Shown here: piece by piece, positions 37,801 to 50,887 of the stretch
How positions within the stretch are numbered: position 1 is the stretch's first letter
Layout of the letters: each line of letters opens with the position of its first letter
Assembly (NCBI GenBank): GCA_020137815.1
Contig: CM035352.1
Location: forward strand, 4,154,001-4,218,000
Length of the DNA: 64,000 nucleotides
Origin: Hormiphora californensis
Taxonomy: Eukaryota; Animalia; Ctenophora
Reading direction: 5' to 3'
Notes under the pieces: generated by a model
Database searches by the model: none
Told to the model about the DNA's origin: nothing
What the model saw: only the letters and a program-made list of their open reading frames with translations
Translations under genes and position numbers: made by a program

Positions 37801-40606
37801 GCAGCTCTGTTGTACTGTGCAGCAATATTATAGAGCTGAGTGATATGCAGCCGAGGAGGAGGAATCTTGTTAAACTACCAGCCCCCACTCATTTTATAAG
37901 TGTGCCGCCTCGATGGAGCTGTGAGAAACCAGAAATGCGTGCGAGAAATTAATAGAAATGTTAGGGAAAGAGAGGGAGGGGGAGGGAGAAATTGTAAAAA
38001 GTGCACCGTCTCACGGTGTCGGTACCATCATAGCGTCTTATTGGAGTATTGGACTGGATAGTGGATACGGCATTCAACACTAGTTTTATCGCCTACTTGC
38101 TATATCGGACCACAGAGATTGAGAGAAGTAGGTAAAATGAAGAAGCTAGAAGCGGTAGCATCGTCCATAAACTGGGATACGTGGTGGTAACAAAGTTACC
38201 CCTCCCTTGCCGGTTTTCGAGTGGACCAAGGATTCAATATGATGGTACGAGTTTGTTATGTTCTAACCATCTCCTTTACATTTGTGTTTCGCGGGCGGGT
38301 CGCACGAAACACAGACTAGCTAGGCAAGGTACGAGTAACACATGCCCGTCCAAAAACCCTGTTACCCACTCACCTGGGGCAAGGTATTTAGTGTAGGTGA
38401 CAGCGTGGGTTTTAGAAAACTTCTCAGAAAGCATAAAGACAGGTCGATGCATGCTCACTTTGCTGTTTGTACTGAGTTGAAGACTTCTTTCCAGAAGAGA
38501 AAACATCCCAAAACCGGTGATATTAACGGCCTGAGGGCGCTGGGGTGTCAGGGGTTAGGAACAGGGAGGGTGATGGGATGTCAGGGGTTAGAAACAGGGA
38601 GGGTGATGGGGTGTCAGACTGTCAGAGGTTAGGAACAGGGAGGGTGATGGGGTGTCTGGGGTTAGAAACAGCGAGGATGCTGGGGTGTCAGGGGTTAGAA
38701 ACAGGGAGGGTGATGGGGTGTCAGGGGTTAGAAACAGGGAGGGCGCTGGGGTGTCAGGGGTTAGAAACAGGGATGGTGATGGGGTGTCAGGGGTTAGAAA
38801 CAGGGAGGTTGATGGGGTGTCAGGGGTTAGGAACAGGGATGGTGATGGGGTGTCAGGGGTTAGAAACAGGGAGGGTGGTCGCCGGTCGGGTGTCAGGGGT
38901 TAGAAATAGGGAGAAGAAGAGAAAAAGCCTAGAAAAGGAGAAAGACAAGCAGTTCAATATTTGCGGTTGCAACTTGAGTGATTACAGTGTTTGTTACATG
39001 TTGCTGTAAATTCTAAACAAGTACACCTCCAATGCAGGAGTATCCAGTTTTTGACCTCAACTTGGCACTTGTTTCGTTATGCTCAAATCTCCGCTCAACA
39101 AGGATGATTTATGTTGATCTACGACCCGAACTGTGCAGTGTCACGTGACTTGAGTGTGTACCACGTGACATGTCAACATTGACAGGAACTACACGTTACT
39201 TCGCGCCAGATTCAGCAAGCTTCCCCAGGAGTGCTTGACGGACGTAATTACACACACACAAACACTATCACTCACTCTCTCTCTCTTGAATATAATATAA
39301 TTCACTGCAAGGTATCTCTCACAGAGAGGGAGGCATTTGATGCATGTTTCCATAGCAACAAAGAGAGGAACAACTGTATCCTATTACTAGGGAGGGAGAG
39401 GGAGAGAGGATAGAAGAAGAGAAAAAAGGAGAGAGAAAAAAACCCCCTTCTTCCCTCCCCCCTCTTCCTCTCCCCTCTTCCCCCTTTTCTCTCCTCTCCT
39501 CTCTCCTCTTTTCCTCTCCCTCCCTTCTTTCTCTCTCTCGCCCTCTCTCCCTCTTCTCTCCTTTTTTTCCCCTTTTTTTTCCCCCCTTTTTCGTTCCTTC
39601 CCCCCCCCTTCCCCCCCTTAAATACATCGAAAAGGGATTTCATTTTTTTCAAAAAATTCAAAAAAGGTGAAATTTTCATTCTCGTAATTAAGTTTCCCCC
39701 ATTTTCTTTTTTCATTGGATTACCTACGGGGAAACCAAAAAAAACAAACTCGGAAAGGCTTGCCTCAGTGGAAGAATCAAGAAAGACCTGGTTCTAATTT
39801 ACCACAGATACTCTAATTGGAACGAATAGAATGTCCAATGTTCCGGTATTACTTTTATTTTTTCCCTGCCCGTGTGAATGCCGAAGGCATTCACCCGGAA
39901 ACCTTTTTACTTTGGGAAAAAAGGGATAGCAGGGGGAGAATTCAAAACGACATTTTGGTATACTAACTATCGGAGGGGACATTTTTGGGGCAACTTTATT
40001 GCGGGGGCAACGGGGTAGCAAAAAGAGCCCCCCAGTTCCCACTGCTCCTCAAAACCCTTCATTGGGCAAAAGTTTCAGGAAAAATGTGGGCGCGCAATTG
40101 GGGCGTGGCGCGCAAAATTTTTACTAAAACCAAGGATTTTTCTCTAAAAATGTTTGTGTGATTTTTAAATGATCGGGGTTTTTTTTCCCCCCTTCTCTCC
40201 GGGTGGGCCTGTTTTTCCCTTTTTTCCCTAAAATTCACATGGCAGGGAAATTCAGCATTATGTTAGAACATAATGCAATTAATCTTGTTGAATTATTTTA
40301 TTGGCTCTGAAGTCATCCCAATTAACGACAACAGCCTCAGACGACGAGGTTACACCTGAACAATACAACAGATGACGAGGTTACACCACTTCACCCCCCG
40401 GGGACCACTCACTCACGAGCACTCATAATGTCGACAAGATCGCATTGACGAAAGTCACGATAGTTTGATTGGGTTTCCCTAACCCGACACCGCGAAGAAG
40501 AAGAAGTCCTGCACCTACCTTCTACAGAGAGTTGAATGGGTATCAGTGTATACCGACATTTCTTTGCCTCAGTCACTAAAGTGGTGATTGCATCCCCAGA
40601 CAACAT
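34892..40606 (-). CDS. CCDC81: Coiled-coil domain-containing protein 81 (HU-CCDC81 domains plus coiled coil), multi-exon
   Basis: Exon 40519-40606 MLSGDAITTLVTEAKKCRYTLIP. Then AVNITGFGMFS..HRPVFMLSEKF (about 38.4-38.5 kb), EIPVVQLN..CLREILAAFSR..FKDIG (about 37.3-37.55 kb), HSGGQELCYVCHQR, and C-terminal CDRYKRCRQC..NIWRESRFIPGCRLIV. Exon 2 is probably in the degraded zone near 39.75 kb. Confidence 0.85.
38540..38905. repeat. 30-bp G-rich minisatellite abutting a CCDC81 acceptor
   Basis: Unit GGGGTGTCAGGGGTTAGAAACAGGGAGGGT-like, about 12 copies. Confidence 0.92.
39346..39359. promoter_or_regulatory. Candidate RFX X-box in CCDC81 intron
   Basis: GTTTCCATAGCAAC matches GTHNYYATRRNAAC, inside a ciliary/centrosomal gene. 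Confidence 0.45.
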
Positions 40607-40898
40607 TTCCGCATCCTAAAATAATGGGAACAACATGAAAAAGGGGTGGGGGAGGAATAGAATGCTAAATGATGCAATAAAATCTTATTTTCAAGAATTC
40701 TTCCAGTAATCTCTGAACATTTAACGCTTTAGGGTGTAAATTCTACAATCTACACGTTGAAAATGAAATTTTGGGTAAAAAACAAACAATAGGTGGTGAT
40801 TTGAACCATGTTTTCATGGAAAAAAGCTCAGCTTAGCATATTTTTCTCAATCCATCCCTCACTTGCATTGGGACAGTGTCAAACACAAGCCGGCCCAA

Positions 40899-41351
40899 TC
40901 ATAAACCTGACATTAGGAATACTTCATCACACTTTCCAGCCTCTCTCTCAGGGCTCAGACAACAGTCCCAGAAAAATATGTGCCTGTTGCCATCTGGAAA
41001 TGGGGTGGAATAATCGTGTTTCTGTTCTGATATCTGGCATTTCATGACACTACATCTCCACAAGCCCTTGTGTTTTGCAGCAGTAGCCGGACGGGGTGGG
41101 GGAGGGGGAGGAACTGAAGTTAGGAATGTTGGATCTGGTATCACATCTGGGTGAACAAGAGCATCTGGAGTTATTGGATCTGTCGTGGATGGCACTCCTT
41201 GAGCCACACTCTCGTTAACCTGTCTGAGAAGAAGCCGCTCCTCTACTTTCCACGATAGACCGATATCACTAAATGAGTGTTCCCGAAATACCGCATCTAG
41301 TTGGGCTATCTGATGATCTTGCTCACGTAGAATGGCTTCAAGATCAGCCAT
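40899..41351 (-). CDS. Hypothetical 150-aa protein (helical N-terminus, Pro tract, C-terminal Cys/His cluster)
   Basis: Single ORF of normal complexity with an H..WDCC..C pattern reminiscent of a BTK-type zinc motif. No family is recognised. Confidence 0.45.
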   Translation of the reverse strand: MADLEAILREQDHQIAQLDAVFREHSFSDIGLSWKVEERLLLRQVNESVAQGVPSTTDPITPDALVHPDVIPDPTFLTSVPPPPPPRPATAAKHKGLWRCSVMKCQISEQKHDYSTPFPDGNRHIFFWDCCLSPEREAGKCDEVFLMSGL

Positions 41352-42322
41352 CACAAATCAGAGAGAACGCACTACAGCTCACATGTACACGGAGTGTGTG
41401 TAATGCACGAGAGAGAGGATTAGGCTCAATGCTGCTAGAGAGGGATTATGCTCGACAAATCTGAGCTGCAACAAATTGCAAGGCTGATGTTGGGATTAAA
41501 ATACTGCAGTTAAACTTATTACGGCGTGGATCGAAGAAGAAAAGAAGCCGCAAACCAATGTAAAGTAGTGTGGAGAGTTGAAATGAATCAAGGGCGAGGA
41601 GTAACAAGCAACACTCGTGTTAAATAGGCACAAGCTGGAGATCTGATGACCTAATATAATTGAACTTCAGAATAGGTTTAAGCCTTTTGGAAATTTACAC
41701 AGGATAATCTGCAGGAATTGTTCTGTAAAACTAACGGAGATGTCAGGGTCCTTGCACAGGATCATATGGGCACAGGGCAGGCAACCCCAAAAGTTGCTAT
41801 AGAAATATTTCCATCCTCCGCAAACAATCCAGATCTGGTAAAGCGGAGTATTTTATTGAAACATAACCACGCGCACTGCGCGTCGCAAAATGCATAGTAA
41901 AATTATTATTATTGCGCCCTCGAGATTTTCTCCTTAGACCCACGCCTCTAGAGACGTTCCTCTACGGCCGTGGCCGTTGTATTTCCCTTTGTGTCACATG
42001 ATCCACCAAAAGGTCAAGTAACAATGAACTGAGATCATACGACACCGGACACCCTGCCAGACTAGTTCAAGTTGAATGTTGGGTACCGGTAACTGTAAGG
42101 GGAGACTCGCCTCTCTCACGAATATTGGAGAACATAACAAGAAGAGATACCGGTACCCAAAATAACTGATATTTACTTCAGAATAACGCATAAAACACGG
42201 CTATTTTGGTGTATGCTATAAGTATTTATCGAAAACAAAGCAAAAAAAGATGACGGCAAAATATAGTTTTTTTGAAAGGGCCGTACCCAAAACATGACAA
42301 CACCACTCTTGCATTGGAGGCA

Positions 42323-42426
42323 GTCTCCATGACAACACCACTCTTGGAGGCAGTCTCCATGACAACACCACTCTTGGAGGCCGTCTCCATGACAACACCA
42401 CTCTTGGAGACCGTCTCCATGACAAC
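42323..42426. promoter_or_regulatory. 30-bp minisatellite containing four RFX X-box matches
   Basis: GTCTCCATGACAAC at 42323, 42353, 42383 and 42413. Confidence 0.5.
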
Positions 42427-42630
42427 ACCACTCTTGGGATAAAACGCAAACAAAAATGTGATAAAATTTCCATAAAAATAGATGTGTTCAACAAATGTTC
42501 GACCCTTGTTAGAACATGTTCAACAGTATGTAAAAACACTGGAACGGGAGCAACCGCTCAAATAGTCCGTCGTGAATCACACCAACACCCCCAAGTGGTC
42601 ACACCAAGTGGTCACACCGTTGCTTTGTGG

Positions 42631-45600
42631 TCACACCGTTGCTATGACGATTAGTAGATAACCACAATCACCAGCTCCCTCCATGAGCTCAGGACAGAAC
42701 CGCTTCATGTTGATCCGGGTGAAGTCACATGGCGGGAATATGTGCAACACGTAGGGACTTGTCTGCTCTGGAGGGAGAGGGAAGGTGTGTTAGAAATAGA
42801 GGGAGAGGGAAGGTGTGTTAGAACTAGAGGGAGAGGGAAGGTGTGTTAGAACTAGAGGGAGAGGGAAGGTGTGTTAGAACTAGAGGGAGAGGGAAGGTGT
42901 GTTAGAACTGGAGGGAGAGGGAAGATGTGTTAGAACTAGAGGGAGAGGGAAGGTGTGTTAGAACTAGAGGGAGAGGGAATGTGTGTTAGAACTAGAGGGA
43001 GAGGGAAGGTGTGTTAGAACTAGAGGGAGAGGGAAGGTGTGTTAGAACTAGAGGGAGAGGGAAGGTGTGTTAGAACTAGAGGGAGAGGGAAGGTGTGTTA
43101 GAACTAGAGGGAGAGGGAAGGTGTGTTAGAACTAGAGGGAGAGGGAAGGTGTGTTAGAACTAGAGGGAGAGGGAAGGTGTGTTAGAACTAGAGGGAGAGG
43201 GAAGGTGGGTTAGAACTAGAGGGAGAGGGAAGGTGTGTTAGAACTAGAGGGAGAAGGAAGGTGTGTTAGAACTAGAGGGAGAGGGAAGGTGTGTTAGAAT
43301 TGGATATATAGAGGTTCTACCCTAGCATTGCGTTATTCAGTGTGGTCTTGTTCTGTTTTTTTTGCTATTATAGTAGTAGAAGTATGAACAAAATGAACAA
43401 CATGTACTAAGTAGTATGACGAAGCTCCAACGTTGGTGTTTACTTTGGGTACAGTGTCCCCTCTCTTCTTGGGACTAAACGTAGCGTGCGATAACATGAG
43501 AGAGAGAGAGAGACAGCGCAGGAGGATAGAAGAAGGGGGATACCATACCCAAGTGTTTACTGACCTGGTACAGGTAGATTAATAATGCCAGCAGCTTGTT
43601 TGCTATCAAGATAGGATATAAATCCCTGTTGTAACACAGCCGTCTGATTGTTCACCATCACAGGGTCAGTTCCATGGGGCAATGCCAGTAACATACACCA
43701 CTGCCCCTCGTGTTGCATTCTTTTCTGGACCCCCTCTATCTGGTTGGGCTCCAGCCGCATCCTCTGGGCTATCCTCATGGGACCGGGACCCAGGTTTGGC
43801 AGGGCGCCAATGGCCCCCTCCGCAATGCTTGAGCTGCCGGAGAGGAAGTGCAGCTGGGGGAGGTAGGGTCTTATGTATTGTTTGTACTGTTATATACAAC
43901 GTGATACGAGATAAAATGGGGAAACATGTATTCAATTAATTTTCAATTAACTAATTAAATCAATTGTTTCATACCTGAACATTAGCCTGATCGTTTTTAA
44001 GTGCAATGGCCCCTTTCCACATAATCGGATATTTGTTGAGTAGGAATAGTAGCTCTTTCGATTGGGGCATCTGGGGGAGAGGGAGTAGGTTTATAAATAG
44101 GGGTGATCAATATGATCACTGATCATGGTTAACATTTTCTATATATTATGGAGTATGGACGATCTAAGTTATTAATTAATTAATTAATTAATTGTTATTT
44201 ACTGCTAACAAATTACCTCGATTGGGGTAGTAGCTACAGGTGTAATGTAAGTGTTGGCAGGAATTAGAGGGTTGTGAGCGGTCACATCTTGATGGACACC
44301 ACCCCCACTACTGTTCAGCTCCTGGGAGGGAGAGTACCTCTCACTGGTGGATTTGTTGTTCACTGCTCCTGCAGCTGCCTGATATGGGGATATAGAGATA
44401 TAAGATAATATTTTGGACTGCTCACTGCTCAATGCTCATACCCTGTTTTCACCATAATATTATTAGGGTCTGAACAAGATGGTAGATTGATTAGTTTATG
44501 TTCAGGTAGAAAAGAACCAAATTACCAACAAGCTGGAACCGACCGAAACAAGTAAACAACCAGTCAGAACTCGTTATTTAGGGCACGTGACTGGTTATCA
44601 GCCAATCAGGGACCAGTATTTCCTGATTCGGTCGGTTCCTACCAACAAGCGAGGAGGGAGGAGGGAGTTACATATTACTTGCCTAGCTAAAGATAAAATG
44701 GATTTGAACAAAACAAGTTATTACCTGATTATCACAATCGTTCATTATCCTGGCAATTCTATCCAGAGACTCGGCAGTTCCCGGTGGGGTAACAGCAGGG
44801 ACATCCGTAGAAATTGGGTGATCTGGAGACCTCCTTCTCCCCCGGCTCCCACCTCGTGACCTCCTTCCTCCACTTCCCCCACTACCTGCAGTAGGTTTGG
44901 TGGAGGGCTGCTGCTCCTCTCGGCTCGTCTCAGAGGAAGAGCTAGAACTGGGGAAGTAGGCAGTAGGTGAGAGGGTGAGTGGAATTGGTCGGCGGTGTCT
45001 TGATGAGCCAGCTGAGTGATAGGTGAATGATGGTGGTGGACGCTTGGTTGTTAATCGTGGTGTTGAATGAGATAACTTTCGTCTCTTTTTCTTTCTATAC
45101 CTGTCGTCCGTAGTAGATGAATCCTTCCTTGGTCTCTTCTTTTTATCAGGAGTCTTCTTTCTCTGTCCTATCTTCTTCTGTTTCCTTCGTGCAATTAGTG
45201 AATTGAGAATCTCCTCCTCCTCTTCACTCAGTTTCCCCTTGATCTTCTTCCTGCTCCGGCTATTCTCCTCGTGGTATGGCGGGGTACGGGTATTTCTGGG
45301 AGATCTCCCACGAGCACTTCGATCACGTGATTTGGACCTATCACGTGCTCTTGCGTCACGTGACCTCGACCTATCACGTGGTTTAGCATCACGTGATCTT
45401 GATCTATCACGTGGTTTTGCTCCACGTTGCTCTCTCGCCCGGGATGATGGAGGGTCTGGTGTCCGATCTCGCGGTGATCTCTCCCGGGAACTTCTCTTAG
45501 TTGATGACGGTCTCTTCCACTCCGAGCCCCCTCCTCCATCACCCTTGGTATCGTAACTTCTCCTATCACGAGATATCGAGGAGGCCTTCCTCTCCCCACC

Positions 45601-48600
45601 ACTCTCGTACCTGCTCCTCCTCCTACCACCCCTGACATCCTCACTCTCCCTCCTGACACGTTCCTTTCCCTTCCAATCTGCTCCAGCTCCCTCTGAGGAA
45701 CGGTTCCTGTTGGAATGTGGGGATCGGTAGCGTGTTGTCTCGTGATGGGTGGGTGACTCTCGTCTCGAGGTGGTTCGTTGGATGGGACTACGGTCCCGGG
45801 GGGCACCCCCACCATAGCTGGATCGCTGGTAGGAGTCTCGTGGTGCCACAGCCCGGTCATCGTAACTACGCCGCCGCTCTCTCGGTGCTGCTGATCTTAC
45901 TCGCAGGTTGTTCTCGTAGCTGAAAAAGAAAACGAATTAGAGAGAGGGAAAGAAAGAGAGGGAAAAATAGAGAGAAAGTGTGTGCGTGGAAAAAAGAGAG
46001 GGAGAAATATATAGTCAGTAATTTAAATGTACCTATCGGCAGCTTGTGAGATAAGATACATCTGACTCTTCATTATTCTCTGACTGGCCTTGCATTGCTC
46101 ATAGTTCTTGTAAAACTCCTGACACTCCAGATGATTCGCAAAATCAACCTGAAAACAACAATGTCATTGAATAATACCCTTTTCCATTGTTACTCTTTCG
46201 GACAGGAGAATGTAATATATGTCGAGTGTGTGACAACTCTCTCAGAGGTATTAGAACTAACCAGAATCTAACCGCGTACTATATATTAAAGTGGACATAA
46301 ACAGAATTGGACAATCTTGATGGAGGAAGTAGAGCATAACTCTCCAAGTATTTTCCACTACCTGATACCTCAATCAAGCTTGTCCAATTCTGTTTCTGTC
46401 AACTCTCACTTTAAGGAGGAATATATTTACCTTTATCCTACCACTCCGTCCAAGACACCTTCCTCTCATGTTCTCAATTGCCATCTGAGCGGACGCCACA
46501 TCGGAATAAGTGCAGAGAGCAGATCCTAACGCCTTGTTGTATGTCATCCGAACAAGGTCTCCAAAAGTACCGAATTCCCGTTCAACTGTCTGCTCTGAGC
46601 AATCCGGATCTATCTCCATTGCCATTACCGTGTTGGTCGGACAACCCTTTCCGTAGCCGATCTGGGGAGAGGGGGGGGGGGGTTTAGTTAGAAAAGACGG
46701 GGGGTTTTAGTTAGAAACTTTAGTTTGAATATGTAACGGAGGAGAATGGAGGTGTTTTTTGGGACCACTCTGTACCTTGCCTTGTTCAACCCTCCCTCCC
46801 CGCGCCCCAAAAAGGGTTTGAACAAAACAATATGTACCTTCATTTTCCTATCAAATAGCATTTCCTCGTTGAGATATTTTCTGGCATCGCACGCCGATTT
46901 AAGGCCGTAGTACCGTATAAACGCGTAAGGGTATCCCTTGCTGGACTCTTTGATGTCGATACACTGCGAGAGGGTATTTTAGTTTGAATAAATAAGTCTT
47001 TATCAGGAGTTAAATTCCAAGTTAAGTCACTAAATTTATTTTACTTGATGGCTGGCTGCTTTACTAACCTCTATCTCGCCGTACCGTTTGAACAGCCCAA
47101 TAAGATCCTTATACCTAACCTCCCCACTCAAATTCCCAACAAAGAGAGTGCTACTAGCCCCCTCATCTGTCACAGGTTCCTCCTGCCTCCTGGAGGGTTG
47201 CTCCCTTCGTCCCACATCCCCCACTGCAACGGCCTCCTCCCCAGTATCAGGGAAGTAGTTGTACGCTTCCTTCTCTGTAGGGAGTGGTAGATATTAGCAA
47301 CATTAGTATACACTCCTAGTGCAAAAGCACCTGTGTGTCAGTCAGTATCTGTCTAGTGTCGCCGTCTGTCTGTCTAGTGCCTGTCTAGTGTCGCCGTCTG
47401 TCTGTCTGACCTCGTATTAGCTCCAACTCCATTGGTTTGCCAAACATTGGCCGTCTGTCCAGCTCCTCAAACGCATTTCTCGCGCTGTGACCACTGAAAA
47501 AGAGCAACAGTTAAAAACGGGTGTTAATAAAAGATGCACACACATTTTAGCACACACGTTTCGATGTACAAACATAGTATACGCGATTAAGCGGTTTTTA
47601 CACATGTCTACTTACCGTTTGCGAGAGAGTTAAATTGAATCTAAATAATTTTTAAGCAGTGTTCGTAATACAGACATGACAGAGAAAACAGAGGTGAAAA
47701 AATCCCAGCGTAGAGAAAATGGAGAGATATAACTTCCGGTAATCTTCACGGAGAGACTGTTGAAACACAATTGTATAGAAACAAGTGAGATCCCCATAAG
47801 AAGTTGAAAACCGGAAATCGAAGCGTTGACATAATCAGGGTCAGTATTTGCTGGATAACTCTGGAACTGAAGAATAATATTTCTAGTATTTGGGAATATA
47901 AAACTGGTTGCAAAAGTTGAAAAGATATCATCAAAAGTTGACACGATCATCAGTATAATTCTGCTTCCCACGGTGCGCATGTTGTGCCGCGCGTGCTGAC
48001 AACATCTACTTTCAATCCATTTTATCCGCTAGGAGTAGACCTCTCCGGCGCACAGAGTCGTAATTTGGACATGAATTATCCACTTTCCTCCGTTTCAAAG
48101 TCCTTTTCCTCTCTTTACTGAAAACAGCTGCTGATGCAAGTAGCCGATTAGCAGTGCAGCCTGCTGCCGATTATGGAATGGATTTTTAGAGAACTGAGAG
48201 AGAGAGAAAATCTGCAGGACGATTTGGGAGAGCTGCTGTAGGTTGGTTTCCCCTTCTTGCCGGTAGAGATAGATAGAAGTATTATAGAGAGACAACAGAA
48301 ATATAGATAGTGTGTGGTAATATCAGCAGGTGGTGAAGGGGTGCTTACTCGAAAAACACGACAATGCTGTTCCGGTCGCCCTGTCGGCCCTGGTTCATCC
48401 ACCGATCCTTGATCGAGCCAAAGTGCTTGAATTCGTGGTGTATGGCATTGGAGAGCGTATGTACTAAAACACAAGGATTTGTGGGGGTTAGAAGGACGGT
48501 AGTATCGGGGCGGCTTTGGGAATTGGGATATAACTAAATTAAAGATGTTCCTACAACAGTGAAAATAACTGGGAATGAGGGGGGTTATAGTTACTATTAC

Positions 48601-49525
48601 CAGATTTGTCCTGAGGTAGATTATGACAGATGACCACAACTTTACTATAGTCGTGTTTCCCACCCCCTCTAGTTGAGGTGACTACCTCCCTAACTGCCTC
48701 TCTTCTCCCCACATCAGGTCGACTAAGTGGCATCTCAATTCTCCTCTTGATGTCTCGGCCACGCTTCGGTGATGGTGTACGTTTCCTGAGGGAGGTTAAA
48801 ACGTAGGAAACATTTCCTAGTATATGCTAATAAACATTATATCAAGCAGGATGCTTCTGGTAGTTTCTATAATTCCCCACACACACACTCCTCCTTGGTT
48901 ACGAAATAACCCCTGTGAAGGGGTAACTTCGTAACCAACGCTCCTCCATTCTCACCACACATTACAAAACAACTCCCACATGTGCCTGACACTCCTCCAC
49001 TCATATTACAACACTGGAGAGAGAACTATAAAACACACACCCTATTACCTCGTTCTAATCTCAGACTCGATCCTCTTTGGTTTCTCCACAACTAGACTAC
49101 TGGTTGTAGTGGTATCATGAAACCGGGTATTTAGGGTATTGTTCACCATCTTGTGCACCATCCCATGTATCTTTGTGGCCATCTGAAGTGACATGAAGCT
49201 AACAACGGCCGTCACACCACATGAGCTGTCTTTATCTGTCAGTAACTCGATCTTGTCTACCTCACCAAACCTGTGGGTGGATTAATTGGTATAATTAGTA
49301 ATTGCATGTGGTTTGGAAAGTTAGTGGAGTAAAAACTCTGCGATAAATACACTGTCAGGTCAATGCTCTGACCGCTGTTCTCGCGAAACAGGGTGACTGA
49401 TAGTAAATAAATAAACTTTGCATGAATGAAAAGTACACTCACTCATTGAAGAAAGTTGAAATATCAGACTGTGTAGAATTGTCAGGGATGTTCCCCACCC
49501 ATAAGTGACGACTCTCTCGTCCCAT
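42631..49525 (-). CDS. SPEN: Split ends/SHARP orthologue, 4 RRMs + RS-rich region + SPOC, 14 exons, about 1081 aa
   Basis: Exons 49443-49525, 49049-49270, 48601-48785, 48349-48463, 47411-47493, 47069-47274, 46838-46963, 46431-46661, 46033-46148, 44725-45919, 44217-44378, 43975-44070, 43565-43853, 42631-42767, all phase-consistent. Motifs MGRESRHLWVGN, HEFKHFG, TLFVGNL, RIKVDFAN, KYPIMWKG.IALKND, RIAQRMRLE, YLDSKQAAGIIN and YVLHIFPPC..LLIVIATV*. Confidence 0.92.
42771..43300. repeat. 28-bp minisatellite (about 19 copies) at the last SPEN acceptor
   Basis: Unit AGGGAGAGGGAAGGTGTGTTAGAACTAG. Confidence 0.95.
44533..44641. mobile_element. 109-bp hAT-type MITE; partial copies near 8571-8640 and 16200-16292
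   Basis: TIR C(A/T)GGAACCGACCGAA with 8-bp TSD CCAACAAG (44525-32, 44642-49). Confidence 0.85.
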
Positions 49526-50617
49526 ACTATAATCATAAGAAGTGAGTGTGTTGTACATTTTTAATAGTCGCTACATATTACCATTTAATTATATTCGGGT
49601 TAAAATCAAAAAAAGGTTTTTGGATGTAAGAAGTCGAAAATTATGAAATAGGGACACTCTCAATATTTCTTGCTAGCTCCCGAAACAAAAGTATATTTTT
49701 AGAATTATTCAGCTATTATCCCAAAGTTAGATCTTATTTATTCTTACAACAAGTTACAAGGCTTCTCCTAACTTCTAACCCTCCTTTACAATATTTGACG
49801 CAGACCGCGATGAGAGAGGATGGAGTAAGACAAAACAGAGAGCATGTAAACTGATATCCCACACTTGTTGTTATAGTGTGTATTGACACGGTAGTAGCAA
49901 TACCACTATACATGAGAATCACGCCTCATATAAGGCCTCACCCCATAACCCAGTACTTGTCTTAATGTCTTAGTGATAACAGTCATGTGATTCTAGATAA
50001 GTTTCTGTATATAACTTGCATTCATATTTCTATTCTTCATTGCAATTCACTACAATCGAAAACTCGTCTATCGTTACTTTGTTTCCCAACCCCCTGGCAT
50101 GGCGGTGGAGGTGTGGTATGGTCTGGTCCTTTGGGTGTCAACCTACCTTACTCTCCAAAATTAAGATCCAGATAATGTAGCAAACTATAATTAAAATATC
50201 TTCTATTAAGCAATCTTAAATCAAAAACACTAAAATTCGAAATCTGAAATTAAGCAAACAAAAATTACGGCAAATTAAGCAACTCGAAAATAAGAGCAGC
50301 CAAATTTAAGAAACCTGTTATTAAGCAACATCACGTGATACATCACGTGATAAGACTCAGAGAGAGTTTGTGTTGCAATCTAGAGATAAGGCTACCATGC
50401 GCGGCGTTCTGGCACGTGCGGTTCTCAGCGCTGGCAGGAAGGGGGGTTTATAACGAGACTTTCTCAATTCTCACCATTATCCTGATCCCTCGGTCACATT
50501 GAATCCCCTCGCCCTAACCGTCTCTCTCCCTTTCTCCAAAGGTTAGAATGAGTGGGGAAGAAAAAGAAAGAAGAAGAGATGGAGGGAGATAGATAGAGCT
50601 AAAGAGAAAGAGAAAGG

Positions 50618-50697
<80 letters not shown>

Positions 50698-50713
50698 AGA
50701 GAGGAGAGGGGGA

Positions 50714-50749
<36 letters not shown>

Positions 50750-50887
50750 TGGATGACACCACTTTCTGTCTACTGTCTATCTGTCTCTCAGTCTCTTCAT
50801 CTGTCTCTTGTCTTACTCATCAGTCATCTCTGATCTCAATCGGTCGTCCTGTCTGTTTAACTTCTTAATTCCTTATCCTTATTCTTT

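Noticed and set aside
42771-43300. 28-30-bp tandem repeats (also 38540, 42293, 29394-29480) as a CRISPR array
   Set aside because: The units are head-to-tail with no unique spacers, there are no cas genes, and the context is eukaryotic introns.
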